Shown in pieces: positions 41,816-52,947 of a stretch of DNA of 64,000 nt. The first letter of the stretch is position 1, and the number at the start of each line of letters is the position of its first letter. Below the pieces are notes generated by a model, which was not told the DNA's origin, searched no databases, and saw only the letters and a program-made list of their open reading frames with translations. Source of the DNA: Prasinococcaceae sp. CCMP 1430. Lineage: Eukaryota; Plantae; Prasinodermophyta. The position numbers and the translations under genes were made by a program. The stretch covers positions 101,378 to 165,377 of the forward strand of contig RQSC01000001.1 of NCBI GenBank assembly GCA_013416795.1, in the 5' to 3' direction.

Positions 41816-44059
41816 TTACCAACCGAGCTCGATCCCCGCCTTGCCGGCGGCCTCGGCGCCCGCCTTGGTTGCCTTCGACAGCACGACCACGTCGTCCTCG
41901 AACAGCTCGTCCCCCAGCGCCACGACCTTCTCCTTGAGCCACGCCTCCTCCACAACACCGTTTGCGAGCGCCTCGCCCAGCACAGGGCCGAACCACTTGG
42001 TCGCGTTCGGAGCGTCCATCACCGCGTCCGGCAGCGCGATGATCGCCTCTCCCATGCCCTCCAGCCATGCCTCCTTCGCGACAGCCGCATCCCCGCCCAC
42101 GCCGGCCAGGCGCATCAGCAGTTTCGAAAGCGCCGCTCGCTTGTCCTCCTTGGACGTGTCGAGGACGAGCTTGAGGCCCATGCCCACCACCATGGCGTGG
42201 TCCTTCTTTTCCAGCTCCTCCACGCACAGCAGCGCCTCCTTGAGGTCCCCCACACCGAGGTACTCCTCGAACAGGTTCTTGGCCTTGCGCGCGAGCTTCT
42301 CCTCCTCGGTCTCCTTGGGCTTGTCGCCGCCCGCCTTCGCCGCCCCCCCCGGCGCGCCCGCGCCTGCGGCCGCCGCGGGCTCTCCGCCGACCAGCGCGCT
42401 GTGGCCGCCGTTGGCCATGCTGGACTGGCTGCCCCTGTTCGCCTCCTGCATCTGGTAGAGCCTCGCCGCCTCCTCGTACTGCTGCCTCTGCTTCCTGGCC
42501 TCGCGCCCGGCCTTGCCCGACATCTCCCAGCCGTCGTCGTCCAGCACGGGCGGCGGCGGCGGCATGAGGCCCGAGGGCCCCGTGGGGAACAGCGGCAGGT
42601 CGTTCGCCGAGTTGGACTGCGCCTGGCCGTGCGCGAGCAGCGCGTTGCCCTTGATGTTGACACCCAGCTTGGCAGCGGCCTCCTGGTGCACCTCCGAGAT
42701 CTTCTTCGCCTTGAGCTCCTCGCGGCGCGGGATCCACTTGTTGTCGCGGAGCTCCACGACCTGCTGCAGCAGGAAGCGGATGCGGCTCTGCAGCTTTTGG
42801 TTGCGGCTCAGGATCGCGACGCGCGACATGTATCCATCGAGCAGCGGCTTGGACTTGGCGCTCTTCTCGAGCGTCTTGCCCACCGTGCGCAGCTGCATGC
42901 AGAGCGCCTCCACCTTGTCCTCGTCGAGGCTCTCGGCGTCCGTGAGCAGCGCCTGCACGCAGAAGTGGGTGATCTTCTCGGGCACCATCGACTTGTTGCC
43001 GAGCTCGCCGATGAGCTTCATGGTGCCGAGGAAGAGGCTCTTCATTTTCTTCTCCCAGTCCGCCTCCGTGCCCGCGTAGGACTCCGGCGGGCCCTCCTTG
43101 CTGCTGGCGCGCACGAACTCCTCCTGGCAGGTGTTGAGCAGCACGCGCTTGAACGTCACGGGCTTCTTCTGCCCCTCGACGTCAAACTCCTGCACCTTCT
43201 GCGACAGCGTCACGCACAGGTCCGCGTAGGTGGAGCAGTAGCCCTGCTCCTGGACCGACTTTCCGAAGATCTCGGTGATGAGCTTGCGGAGCTTCTCCTG
43301 CGAGTCGATGCCGAGGTCCACCATCTGCATCGTCAGGCGCTCGAAGTTCTCCGGCGTGATCTTGTTGAGAATGCCCTTGATCTTCTTGATGAACTTGGCG
43401 TCGTCGTCCAGCTGCGCGCCGGCGACCCACGGGTTGGCCGCCTTGGCAATCTTCGAGGTCGGGCCGTCGTTGAGGATCGACACGCCGCCGTGGCCCACGC
43501 TGCTCTTGCTGCGCGACCAGTTGTCGTCGGTCTTGCCGCCCTTGCCGGCGCCTCCGGCGGTGGGGGCGCCGGGGACCGCCTTCTTGTCCATCCAGTCGCG
43601 GTTGTCAACCGAGCCGCCGCCCTGGTGGATGATGATCTCGATCGTCGACGACGCGAGCGTCTTCGGCAGGTCCTTGCAGTGCTGCACTCGCGCGCGCCGC
43701 GGCGAGCGGCACGCGGCGAGCGGGCGACGGGCGCAGGGGGCAGGCGCGGGGGGCGGGCGTGCGGGCGCGCGGCGGCGGCCGCGGCGCGCGCGCACCTCCT
43801 GGAACTTCCTGAGGAAGGGCACGGTGTACTTGATCCTCTCCCACTCGGGCTTGGCCGGCTTGGCCTCCACCGGCGGCGCCTTGGGCTTGAGCCCCGCGCC
43901 CGCGCCCTTGGCGAACGAGCTGAGCGCCGACGCGCCGCCGGGCTTGAGCGACATCGCGCCGCCGCCGCCGCCCGGGCGGAGGCTCATCCCCGAGAGCATC
44001 GACGCCATCGTCGCGCTCGACCCGCCCGGCCGCAGCGACACCTTCTCCTCGCCCGCCAT
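41816..44059 (-). CDS. eIF(iso)4G: Translation initiation factor eIF4G, plant eIF(iso)4G-like (MIF4G + MA3); in-frame intron 43682-43795
   Basis: N-terminal SLRPGG repeats; KYTVPFL (eIF4E-binding-like); KIKGILNKITPENF, TFKRVLLNTCQEEF, SRIRFLLQQVVELRDNKWIPRR; MA3 LFEEYLGVGDLKEALLCVEEL. Confidence 0.93.
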   Translation of the reverse strand: MAGEEKVSLRPGGSSATMASMLSGMSLRPGGGGGAMSLKPGGASALSSFAKGAGAGLKPKAPPVEAKPAKPEWERIKYTVPFLRKFQEVRARRGRRRAPARPPPAPAPCARRPLAACRSPRRARVQHCKDLPKTLASSTIEIIIHQGGGSVDNRDWMDKKAVPGAPTAGGAGKGGKTDDNWSRSKSSVGHGGVSILNDGPTSKIAKAANPWVAGAQLDDDAKFIKKIKGILNKITPENFERLTMQMVDLGIDSQEKLRKLITEIFGKSVQEQGYCSTYADLCVTLSQKVQEFDVEGQKKPVTFKRVLLNTCQEEFVRASSKEGPPESYAGTEADWEKKMKSLFLGTMKLIGELGNKSMVPEKITHFCVQALLTDAESLDEDKVEALCMQLRTVGKTLEKSAKSKPLLDGYMSRVAILSRNQKLQSRIRFLLQQVVELRDNKWIPRREELKAKKISEVHQEAAAKLGVNIKGNALLAHGQAQSNSANDLPLFPTGPSGLMPPPPPVLDDDGWEMSGKAGREARKQRQQYEEAARLYQMQEANRGSQSSMANGGHSALVGGEPAAAAGAGAPGGAAKAGGDKPKETEEEKLARKAKNLFEEYLGVGDLKEALLCVEELEKKDHAMVVGMGLKLVLDTSKEDKRAALSKLLMRLAGVGGDAAVAKEAWLEGMGEAIIALPDAVMDAPNATKWFGPVLGEALANGVVEEAWLKEKVVALGDELFEDDVVVLSKATKAGAEAAGKAGIELGW

Positions 44060-45820
44060 CGTCGCCGATCTATACACACCCCGGGACACCCTCGGCCTCC
44101 GCCTGCGCCAGGCGGGAGCGGAGGAAGGGGGGGTGTCGGGGGGGGGGGGCCACACCCGCTGCGCCTCTGGCGCGCGCTGTGGCGGCCGCCGCTCCAAAGC
44201 TCCGGAACCCCAATCGCACATCCCCCGCATAACACCCCAAAACGGAATCCACATCATCCATATAAATACATTAATAGAACTGCTTTGGATTCCATATGGG
44301 TTTTGGGTTCCATCCGTGGGTGCGCGCGCCGCAGCGCGGCCTCGCGCGCGGAGCGCGCGCGCGCGCGCGCTCCGCGGGTTCGCTCCGCGCTCATTTTCGG
44401 CCTGAAAACGGGCGAAAAATGCGCCGTTTAAAAAAGATGGTCATCATAGTGCATGGATATTGTCCCCCGTCCCGCGCCTCGCCCCCCGCCAAAAAGCCGC
44501 ACCAAAACCGGCAAAAAAAAACGAAAGGGCGGAGACGCCGAACGAATCCGAATCGATCCGTTTTTTTTCGATCCGGTGGCTCCCACCCTGCCGCCGCCAG
44601 CCGCCGCCCGGCCGCTGCGCTGCCCCCGTCGATGCCTTTTGACGCGCCGCGCCAAAGGCGCGCGACCTCGGTCCGTTTTGACATAATCAAGAAAACCTGA
44701 TTTTATACCGTAAACATCAAAATCCTGTGTCTGTACCGTGATGGTACGCGTGCACGTCGTGCAACCGCACTTTTGTATGTATGTGTGTGTGTATATCATT
44801 CCTGGACTCTAACCCAAACCTCGCAGCCTCGATGACCTATGGACGCGAAAAAAAAATCCATTTTTCTTTTGAAAAGGAAAAAAGATCTTTTCTTTTGACG
44901 TTATCTTTTTCTTTTTCTTTTTCTTTTGACGTGTTTTGTGAGGCTTTTTTCCGCTCCGACGAGCGTCCGCACGACAGGCACGCCACTCCCTGGTGCATTG
45001 TACTACGAAGTTGAGTAAAACCTGATATTTTACCCTAAATACCAATGTTTGTGTTTGGCGTCCCAAAACTCGCTCGGGAGTTCCTGGCGACCCACCGCCC
45101 GGAATACCCGGATTTCCGCGCACAGCGTGCGCGGGAACACGGCCCGGATGGCGCCGCAAGCCTCCCACAGATCCGCGCGGCGAGACCGAGCCGCTTCCGC
45201 AGCGACGTACGGGGGTGCCGGGTCCCAGCCCCGGTTGGGACCTCCCGGATGTGTTGGGGCTGACTGCGTTGTACGCTGATATTCTCATTCCAATTCCGGA
45301 CTGCTACCGGTCTAACCCAACCCAAAGCTCTGCCACCTCGATGCGAACCCCAAAGCGCAGCGAAATAAAATATCGCACTCGTCTTTTCCCCCCCCCCCTT
45401 CGTTTCGCGGAGCGGCGCGCGCGTTCGCGCGCGTCCCGCGGGATCGGCCGGGGCGGCGCGGCGCGCGGCGCCGACCACGTCGAGTGACGTCCTCCAATCG
45501 CCACGATGCGCGTCACGTCATGAGCGTTTTCGAATGCTATCTGACCTCTATCTCATTCATGTCACTTTCAAATTCAAGATGACTTATTGGAGATGTTTGA
45601 TATACAAGTTTAACCCTATATGTGTTTGGGTTGTAACCTCAAAGGGGTAGATTTCGGGACCGCGGTTTGGCGGGGTCTGCTGCGGTGCGCCACAGCGCGC
45701 GCGCGGCGGCGCACCTCGCGGCGGGCCGCCCCCTCGGCGCTCCCCCTTCCCGACCGCTTCCCCGCTCCGTCCCTTGCCGCGGGGGCGTGCCGTGCGAGGC
45801 GAGGGCGCGCGCTGGGACAT

Positions 45821-46194
45821 AATTTAAATTAATTCATTGAATTATAAACAACTTGCTCATTTTCTTGTTGAACAACATTATCAATTAAACCATATTGACG
45901 AGCATCAGCTGCTGATAAATAACGGTCACGGTCCATATCACGAGCTACAACTGCTAGTGATTGCCCTGTACGTTTTGCATATAGACGACCTACTTGTTGA
46001 CGTAAACGTAATACTTCTAAGGCTTCTAACTTTACATTACTTGCTTGCCCTTGTGAACCACCTAATGGCTGGTGAATCATAATACGTGCATGTTGTAGGG
46101 CAATACGTTGACCTAATGTTCCACCAACTAATACAAAGGAAGCCATTGAAGAAGCACAACCAACACAAATGGTTGTAACATTTGCTTGAATATG
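45821..46194 (-). pseudogene. clpP: 3' half of a chloroplast-type clpP gene inserted in nuclear DNA (NUPT or chimeric join)
   Basis: About 37% GC by hand count against very GC-rich flanks. Reads [22 protein letters not shown]...ARIMIHQP...RDMDRDRYLSA...YGLID with stop at 45829-45831; plastid-like codons (CGT, TTA, CAA). Confidence 0.93.
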
Positions 46195-47582
46195 TTCCGG
46201 CGGCCGCGCCCGCGCGGCTCGCGCGGCTCGCCGCGCCGTTCTCCGCGGCGCCCGTCGCCGACTTCTCCGGGCTGCTCTCGACGATCGCCGCCAAGGTGCC
46301 GGAGGAGCGCGAGAAGCTGCGGGCGCTCAAGGCCGAGCTCGGCGACAAGGTCCTGGGCGAGGTGACGCTCAACATGGCCATCGGTGGCATGCGCGGCGTC
46401 AAGGGCATGATCTGGGAGACGTCGCTGCTGGACGAGGCGGAGGGCATCCGCTTCCGCGGCCACACCATTGAGGACCTGCAGAAGTCGCTGCCGACCGCCA
46501 TCGAGGGCGGAGAGCCCATGCCGGAGGGCCTGCTGTGGCTCCTGCTCACCGGCGACATCCCGACCGCCGAGCAGGCCGACAGCCTGCGGGCGGAGCTCGC
46601 GGCGCGCGCGCTGCGCCAGGAGGGCCTGGTGCGCGACATGCTGGAGAAGTACCCCATCAAGACGATGCACCCCATGACGCAGCTCTCCACGCGCGTGCTG
46701 GCGCTCCAGCCGCGCAGCGCCTTCGCGGCGGCGTACGCGAGCGGCAGCGTGCACAAGACCGAGCTGTGGCGGCAGATCTACGAGGACGCGCTCGACCTGA
46801 TCGCCGTGCTGCCCATGGTCGCGGGCCACATCTACCGCGAGTCGTCGGGCAAGAGCGACATCGGCTGGGTGCGCCACGACGTCGGCCTCGACTGGTCGGC
46901 CAACTACGCGCGCATGATGGGCTACGAGTCGCCCGAGTTCGACGAGCTCCTGCGCCTGTACCTCACCATCCACGCCGACCACGAGGGCGGCTGCGTGAGC
47001 GCGCACACCACGCGGCTGGTGGGATCGGCGCTCTCCGACCCCTACCTGTCGTACGCCGCGGGCATGAACGGCCTCGCGGGACCGCTGCACGGCCTCGCCA
47101 ACCAGGAGGTGCTGCTGTGGCTGCGCTCCGTGCAGGCGGAGCTGGGCGCCAACCCCACCAAGGAGCAGCTCACCGACTTCGTGTGGGCGACGCTGAAGTC
47201 AGGCAAGGTCGTGCCGGGCTACGGCCACGCGGTCCTCCGCAAGACCGACCCGCGCTACACGTGCCAGCGCGAGTTCGCGCTGAAGCACCTGCCGGACGAC
47301 GAGGGCTTCAAGCTGGTGTCGGCGCTGTACGAGGTGGTGCCCAAGGTGCTCGCGGAGACCGGCAAGGTGAAGAACCCCTGGCCCAACGTGGACGCGCACT
47401 CGGGCGTGCTGCTGCAGCACTACGGCATGACCGAGGCCGACTACTACACGGTGCTCTTCGGCGTGTCGCGCGCGCAGGGCGTGCTGGCGCAGCTCGTGTG
47501 GGACCGCGCGCTCGGCCTGCCCATCGAGCGGCTCAAGTCGCTCACCATGGACGCCGCCAGGGCGCAGCTCGGCGGTCAGTAG
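46192..47582 (+). CDS. CS: Mitochondrial-type citrate synthase; candidate ATG 46192 is one base out of frame with the body
   Basis: [73 protein letters not shown]. Confidence 0.95.
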
Positions 47583-47901
47583 GCGCCGGCGATCGCGATC
47601 GCATTGATCGCCGCCCGCCCGCGCGTGCGTCCGCGCGCGCTCCCGCGAGCGCTCCACCGAGTGCTCGCGCGAGGGCCCCGCTCTCGCCGCGGCTCGCTGC
47701 GCTCGGCGCCGCCGCTGTGCGGCCCGCCCTCTGCTTAAATTCGGTCAATGGCAACTCGCGACGCACGCAACAACACACACACGCGCGAACACACACAGCA
47801 CACACGACAGACACCATTGCGGTCACGTGACGCACCGCCCCAGTTTAAGGTTTTGGGCGGCGCTGACATGCATTTTGACCCGCGCTTCACCCGCCACCTC
47901 A

Positions 47902-47942
47902 TTAGGGTCTTTCACAGGGTTTTGAGTAGGGTTTAGGGTTTT
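47902..47942. repeat. Interstitial telomere-like repeats (TTAGGG; TAGGGTTTAGGGTTTT)
   Basis: TTAGGGT at 47902 and TAGGGTTTAGGGTTTT at 47927-47942. Confidence 0.7.
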
Positions 47943-48068
47943 GGTGCCATGCGATTGATAGTGGGTGTCTGAATGACTGTGCGTGCGCGCGCGTGTGCGT
48001 GCCTGCGGGGAGTGAGCGCGCAGGGGCGCGCCACAGCCGCTCGTGAGGGCGCCCTGCACGCGCGTGCG

Positions 48069-49333
48069 ATGTCTTCTGTGGCGCGCGCCAGCCGCGCGCG
48101 CGCGCACGCGGCCGTCCGTGCGCGCCGCGGCGTCGGCGTCGCCGGCCGCGGGCGACCTCGCCGGCCGCGAGGCCATCCCCATCTTCGCGGACGACGGCGC
48201 CGTCAACGAGCTGCCCGACATTCCGGGCGTCTACGCCGTGTACAACGCCGAAGACGAGCTGCAGTACGTCGGCCTCAGCCGCAAGATCGGCACGAGCGTG
48301 AGCAGCCATGCGGACGAGGTGCCGCAGCTGTGCGCCACCGTCAAGATCGCCACCGTGCCCAGCGGCGACAAGGAGGAGCTGCAGGGCAAGTGGAAGGTGT
48401 GTGTGTGTGTGTGTGTGCGTGTGTGTGTGTTTACGTGTGTGCACGTGCGTGCGGCCCCGCGCGCGCGCGCTGCCCCCTAACGCCCGTACCCCGCGCGCCC
48501 CGGTAGGAGTGGATGCAGGAGCACGTGGTCGCCGTGGGCGCCATTCCGCCGGGCAACGCCAAGGGCAACCCCGACTTCGCTGGCGCGCGCCCGGTGGTGC
48601 GACAGGACATCCGCCTCACGCCGGGCGGCAACAAGGAGCTCACGATGCCCATCCAGGACCTCATCGGCCTGCTGGTGAAGGACTACCCCATCCTGCTCTT
48701 CATGAAGGGCACCCGCTCGGCGCCGCAGTGCGGCTTCTCGTACAACACGGTGGAGCTGCTCAACCAGACCAAGGTACGCGACCGCGTGGCCGCGCGACCG
48801 CGACCGCGCACGTACGCACGCACGATGCGCGCGCGCGCGCGAACATACATGTAGAAGCGCGCACACGCGTGCACACCGTCGACGCACACGCACGCGCGCA
48901 CGCACACGCACACGCACACGCACACGCACACGCACAAGCACAAGCGCACACACACGCGCGCGCAAACGCGCGCAGGCACGCACACACGCATGCACACGTG
49001 TACACGCGCATGCCCGCCCGCGCCCGCGCGCGCCCATGCTGACGCCTGTACGCGCCGCCGCCGCCGCCGCCTTCGACCCCCCTCCCCCCTCCCCCCTCCC
49101 CCCCTCCCGGACCGCCCCCTTTAAAGGCGGACTACGACGTGGTCAACTGCCTCGACGAGGAGTACAACCCGGGTCTGCGCGAGGCCATCAAGGAGTTCTC
49201 CACGTGGCCCACCATCCCGCAGCTGTACATCGAGGGCGAGTTCGTGGGCGGCGCGGACATCGTGCAGGAGATGGCGCTCAGCGGCGAGCTCAAGACGATG
49301 TGCGACGCCGCGATGGCCAGCAAGAAGAAGTAA
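48069..49333 (+). CDS. GRXS16: Chloroplast GIY-YIG-like + monothiol glutaredoxin; introns 48397-48506 and 48774-49126; frameshift in the 5' (GC)n run
   Basis: PGVYAVY...LQYVGLSR (GIY-YIG-like); [14 protein letters not shown]; [20 protein letters not shown]. Confidence 0.92.
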
Positions 49334-49603
49334 GAGACGAACGCGGGCTCCAGGGCGGGGTCGTACGTACGATCAAATCGATCAAATGCCAGCGAGCTCC
49401 ATGACGTCGCGGTGGCTGCAGGTGGTTTTTATATCGACTGCGCGTGTATGCGCGCGCGCGCGTGCGTGTGCTGGGCGCGCGTGTCTCTGTGTAGACGCGC
49501 GCACGCGTATATGCGGCGCGTGCGCGCGCCCATTTTCACACGCGGTACACGCGCGGCACATGCGGGCGCGCGCGTCCACACGGACGCGCGTGCCTCGCGA
49601 GTC

Positions 49604-50201
49604 TCACTTGGACTTCTTGGGCTCCTTCTTGGCGCGGCCGGTCTTCTTTGCGGCGCCCTTGGCGTTCTTCTTGTCCGCGTCGGCGGCGGAGGCGGCGGCC
49701 TTGCCCCTGCGCCGCGCACCGCCGGCGGCGCCCTTCGCGGCGCCCATCGCTGGTGCCCCTTCCTTCTCCTCGGCCCCCTCATCCTCGGCCTCTGCCTGCG
49801 CTCGCTCGCGCTCTTCGAAGTGCCGCGGGCGGACCTTCGACCAGAAGAACTGGTTTGAGATGCGCCGCGGGCGCGCGTTTGTGCATCAGTGTGTGCGCAC
49901 GTGTGCATGTGCACGTGCTTTGGTGCGCGCGCACGTGCGCGCACGTGCGTGCGCGCGTGCGCATGCGTGAGCTGCGACCTACCTCCCAGAACTCGGGGTC
50001 GGCGAAGCCTTCGTTTATGACGAGGGCGACGACAGACATGGCGAAGCCCGCGTAGATGCCCCAGGACGCTGGAATGGCGTCGATAAAGTAGCCCGAGAGC
50101 AACGTGGGGAGGCTCACCGCCACGAGCCCCAGCTTGAGGTAGGTGGCCCACGTCCAGTCATCCATCACCTCCCAGCGGACGCGGAAAGGGTGCTGCACCA
50201 T
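49604..50201 (-). CDS. Small two-TM hypothetical protein with Lys-rich tail; intron 49850-49982
   Basis: Two hydrophobic segments; GT-AG junction keeps frame (FWE|FFWSKVRP); KKSK* C-terminus. Confidence 0.65.
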
Positions 50202-50317
50202 CGTGCGCGCGGGCCTGCTGCTGGCTGGCTGGCTGGCGCGCGTGCGTGCGTGTACTGCCGGCGCGCGCGCGCGCGAATGTGGCCGTGCGTGCGCGTCCGC
50301 GACGGCGCGACTCGCAC

Positions 50318-50319
<2 letters not shown>

Positions 50320-50374
<55 letters not shown>
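50320..50374. repeat. (CA)n microsatellite
   Basis: About 27 perfect CA units, flanked by degenerate CACG repeats. Confidence 0.95.
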
Positions 50375-50376
<2 letters not shown>

Positions 50377-51112
50377 GCACACACACACACGACGCAGCAC
50401 ACACGCGCACGCACGCACGCACGCACGCACACGCCGCACACACACACACAATTGTACGTAGTACATGTCCAAGTAGTGTAAATGTACCCACGGGAGAGCA
50501 TCACCCCATCGGATCACATCACATCACATCGCATTCGCCGTTCCGAGGCGGCCGGCGACGGCCACGCTCCGAAAAACGCCATATCATTTCCAGTGTAACT
50601 CATCAACACATTATTATTCCGCTCATCATTGGTATCGCGATTCGCGGGCGCCGGGCCGGGCGCCTCCGGCCTCCGGGCCGGGCGTCGCGCGCGCGCGCTC
50701 TGTGCCAACAGCCAACAGCCGCACACTTTTTTTCAGTGCCATTTCGTGAACCCTATACCCTAAACATTTCTGCACCCCGCGTTCGAAATGACGCCGAGGT
50801 CTCCCAAAGTATCGCACGGGTCGCCAGGCGGATTCGCGCTCGGCCAAAAATCGTTCCAGCGCGCGCCGCTCGGCCGGGGCGCCCAGCTTTTAACCACGCT
50901 ACTCATCGAGACTTGCGTACGGCGCCGTCTGTGGCCGTCGCGTCAGTTTCCCACCCGAACCGCCTCCACACCCCGCGTGCAAAGTGATGGGGCGGTGCCG
51001 CCCCGACCCCGCGTTCAAAACACCGATAATAGCGTCAAAAACAAAAAGAATTGATAGGTCAGAATGCGTGGAGGGGGACCCTCAAATCTTTTTGTTGTTT
51101 TTGGCTGCGACA

Positions 51113-51316
51113 TTAGGGTTTTAGGGTTCGCGTTTAATGCATTTATATGTATCATTTTGGTTCTCAAAATGACACGGCCGCGCGCGCGCGCGCGCACAGC
51201 CCCGCTGAGTCAGCGCCCGCCGGGGCCGGATGGAGCCGACCTCCGGAATATTTGAGGTTGAAGCGTATTAGGGTTTATATATAGATGCTTTGTGACGTGT
51301 GGTCGTGTTAGGGTTC
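51113..51316. repeat. Telomere-like motifs in an AT-rich intergenic island
   Basis: TTAGGGTTTTAGGGTT at 51113-51128; TTAGGGTT near 51269 and 51309. Confidence 0.65.
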
Positions 51317-51979
51317 GATCGGCGGTCGCGCCCGCGCGCGCGCGCTCTTTTTTCGCGCGCGCCAGCCCCTGCCGGGCGCTCTTCCGCGGGCGGGCGCTTT
51401 CGCGCGCGCGGTGCGCGGGTTGGGCGCATAATAAGGGGTTTTAGATGACAGGGTTATGTATGAGTGTAATATGAAGACGTGAGGTGCGAGGTGGAGGTTT
51501 GGGTTGGAGAAGGCAGGGCGTGGGATTCACGGAATGGAATTTCGGGGGTGCGTTCCGGAAGACCCAACCGACGCGCGCCGCGCTGCCCGCGCGCGCGCGC
51601 TGCCACACCGCGCGCGGGTGGCCCCCTCGCGCTCCCCCCTCGCGCGCCTTCCCGCGGGATCGCTGGCTCGCAGGCTCGCTCTTTCGTTCGCGCGCCCGCG
51701 CGACGGTGCTGGGACCTGCCGCGCCCCCCTCCAGCAGGCACGGCTCGCCGGCGCCGCACGAGGGCGTCGAGATGAACGTGGGCGATGCGGCGCTGATCAA
51801 GACGCTTGCGGCTGGCGCGGCGTGCGCCGCGCTGCGCTGCGTGCCCCCGCGCGAGCGGTCCATTGGCTGGCACGCGCGGGCGCGAGGCCGGCACAAGCAC
51901 GCACGAGGGGTGAGCAGGGAGGAGAGACGCAAGGGGTAGGAGGGAGGCGCTGGCCGGGGCCCACCGCTAGCGCAGCGCG

Positions 51980-52579
51980 ATGGCGAGCCTGCTAAAGGAC
52001 TTGTTCACGCGGGCGGAGGTCGCCGGCGAGAAGGCGTCGGCCATCAGCGAGAAGAGCGCGCGCAAGCGGCGCGACATTGAGCGCATGCTGCCGCACGTTG
52101 GCAGCATGTCGGCCATTGGCCTCACAGATGACACGTATTGGCACGACGACCGCGACCGGGCCCGCGATCCCGCACAGGGCGGGGGATTTGCGGCGGGCAG
52201 CGGCGGCGCCGGGGGAGGGGCCGCCACCTCGGCGCCGCTGGGCGTGCCGGGCGCCGTCGAACGGACCAGCTCCCACGAGTCGGAGACGTCGTCCGACGCG
52301 GGGAGTCCGACGAGTGTGAGTGACACGCTGGCCTTCCTGCGCGACTACGAGGGGCTGCGCTCCTACGTGGAACAGAGCGCCGAAATGGCAGGCTCGTGGC
52401 TGCACCTGAGCGACGAGGATCGCGCGCGCCACGCGCCCAAGGCGCGCAGCAGCGTCGGCGGGGGAGCAGGGGGCGGGCCGCACCTGTGGCCGAGTGCAGA
52501 GGTGCTTTCGGCAAGCGCGCCCGCGGCAAGCTGGGTCCGCCACTCGGGCGAGACTTGGCACTCGAGCTACGACGAGTGA
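51980..52579 (+). CDS. Hypothetical protein; may have an upstream exon near 51775-51910
   Basis: GCGATGG start context, GC3-rich codons, protein-like sequence. No family recognised. Confidence 0.5.
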   Translation: MASLLKDLFTRAEVAGEKASAISEKSARKRRDIERMLPHVGSMSAIGLTDDTYWHDDRDRARDPAQGGGFAAGSGGAGGGAATSAPLGVPGAVERTSSHESETSSDAGSPTSVSDTLAFLRDYEGLRSYVEQSAEMAGSWLHLSDEDRARHAPKARSSVGGGAGGGPHLWPSAEVLSASAPAASWVRHSGETWHSSYDE

Positions 52580-52947
52580 GTCCAAGGCCCCCCGCGCGAG
52601 CGAACGCCGGCGGGCGGGCGGGAGGGACGCTTTCCAATGCCACGAAGTCCGAAGCGGGAGATGCATCGAGCCCCACCCAACGAAGGCGACAACGCTGCTG
52701 GCCTCGCGCAGCGGCTGGCCCTATTGTACCCTACAAGCCCTAGCACGGCGCAATGACTACGCGCGTGCCGCGCGAGAGCCGGCACACACACGCGCACCCA
52801 AGCGCGCGTGCGCATCCGTTGAACGACGCGCAGTCACATGTACGAACATTCTCCGACGTGCGCCGGCGCGCTCCACGGCCGCCTGCGACCGTCAGTGCGA
52901 GGGTGCAATCCTGAGCGTTCCGCGCAGGGCGCACGAAAGTCCCTGCT

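Noticed and set aside
50560-50630. Second C/D snoRNA candidate on the minus strand (ATGATGA at ~50622-50628)
   Set aside because: No canonical CTGA box D at a suitable distance.
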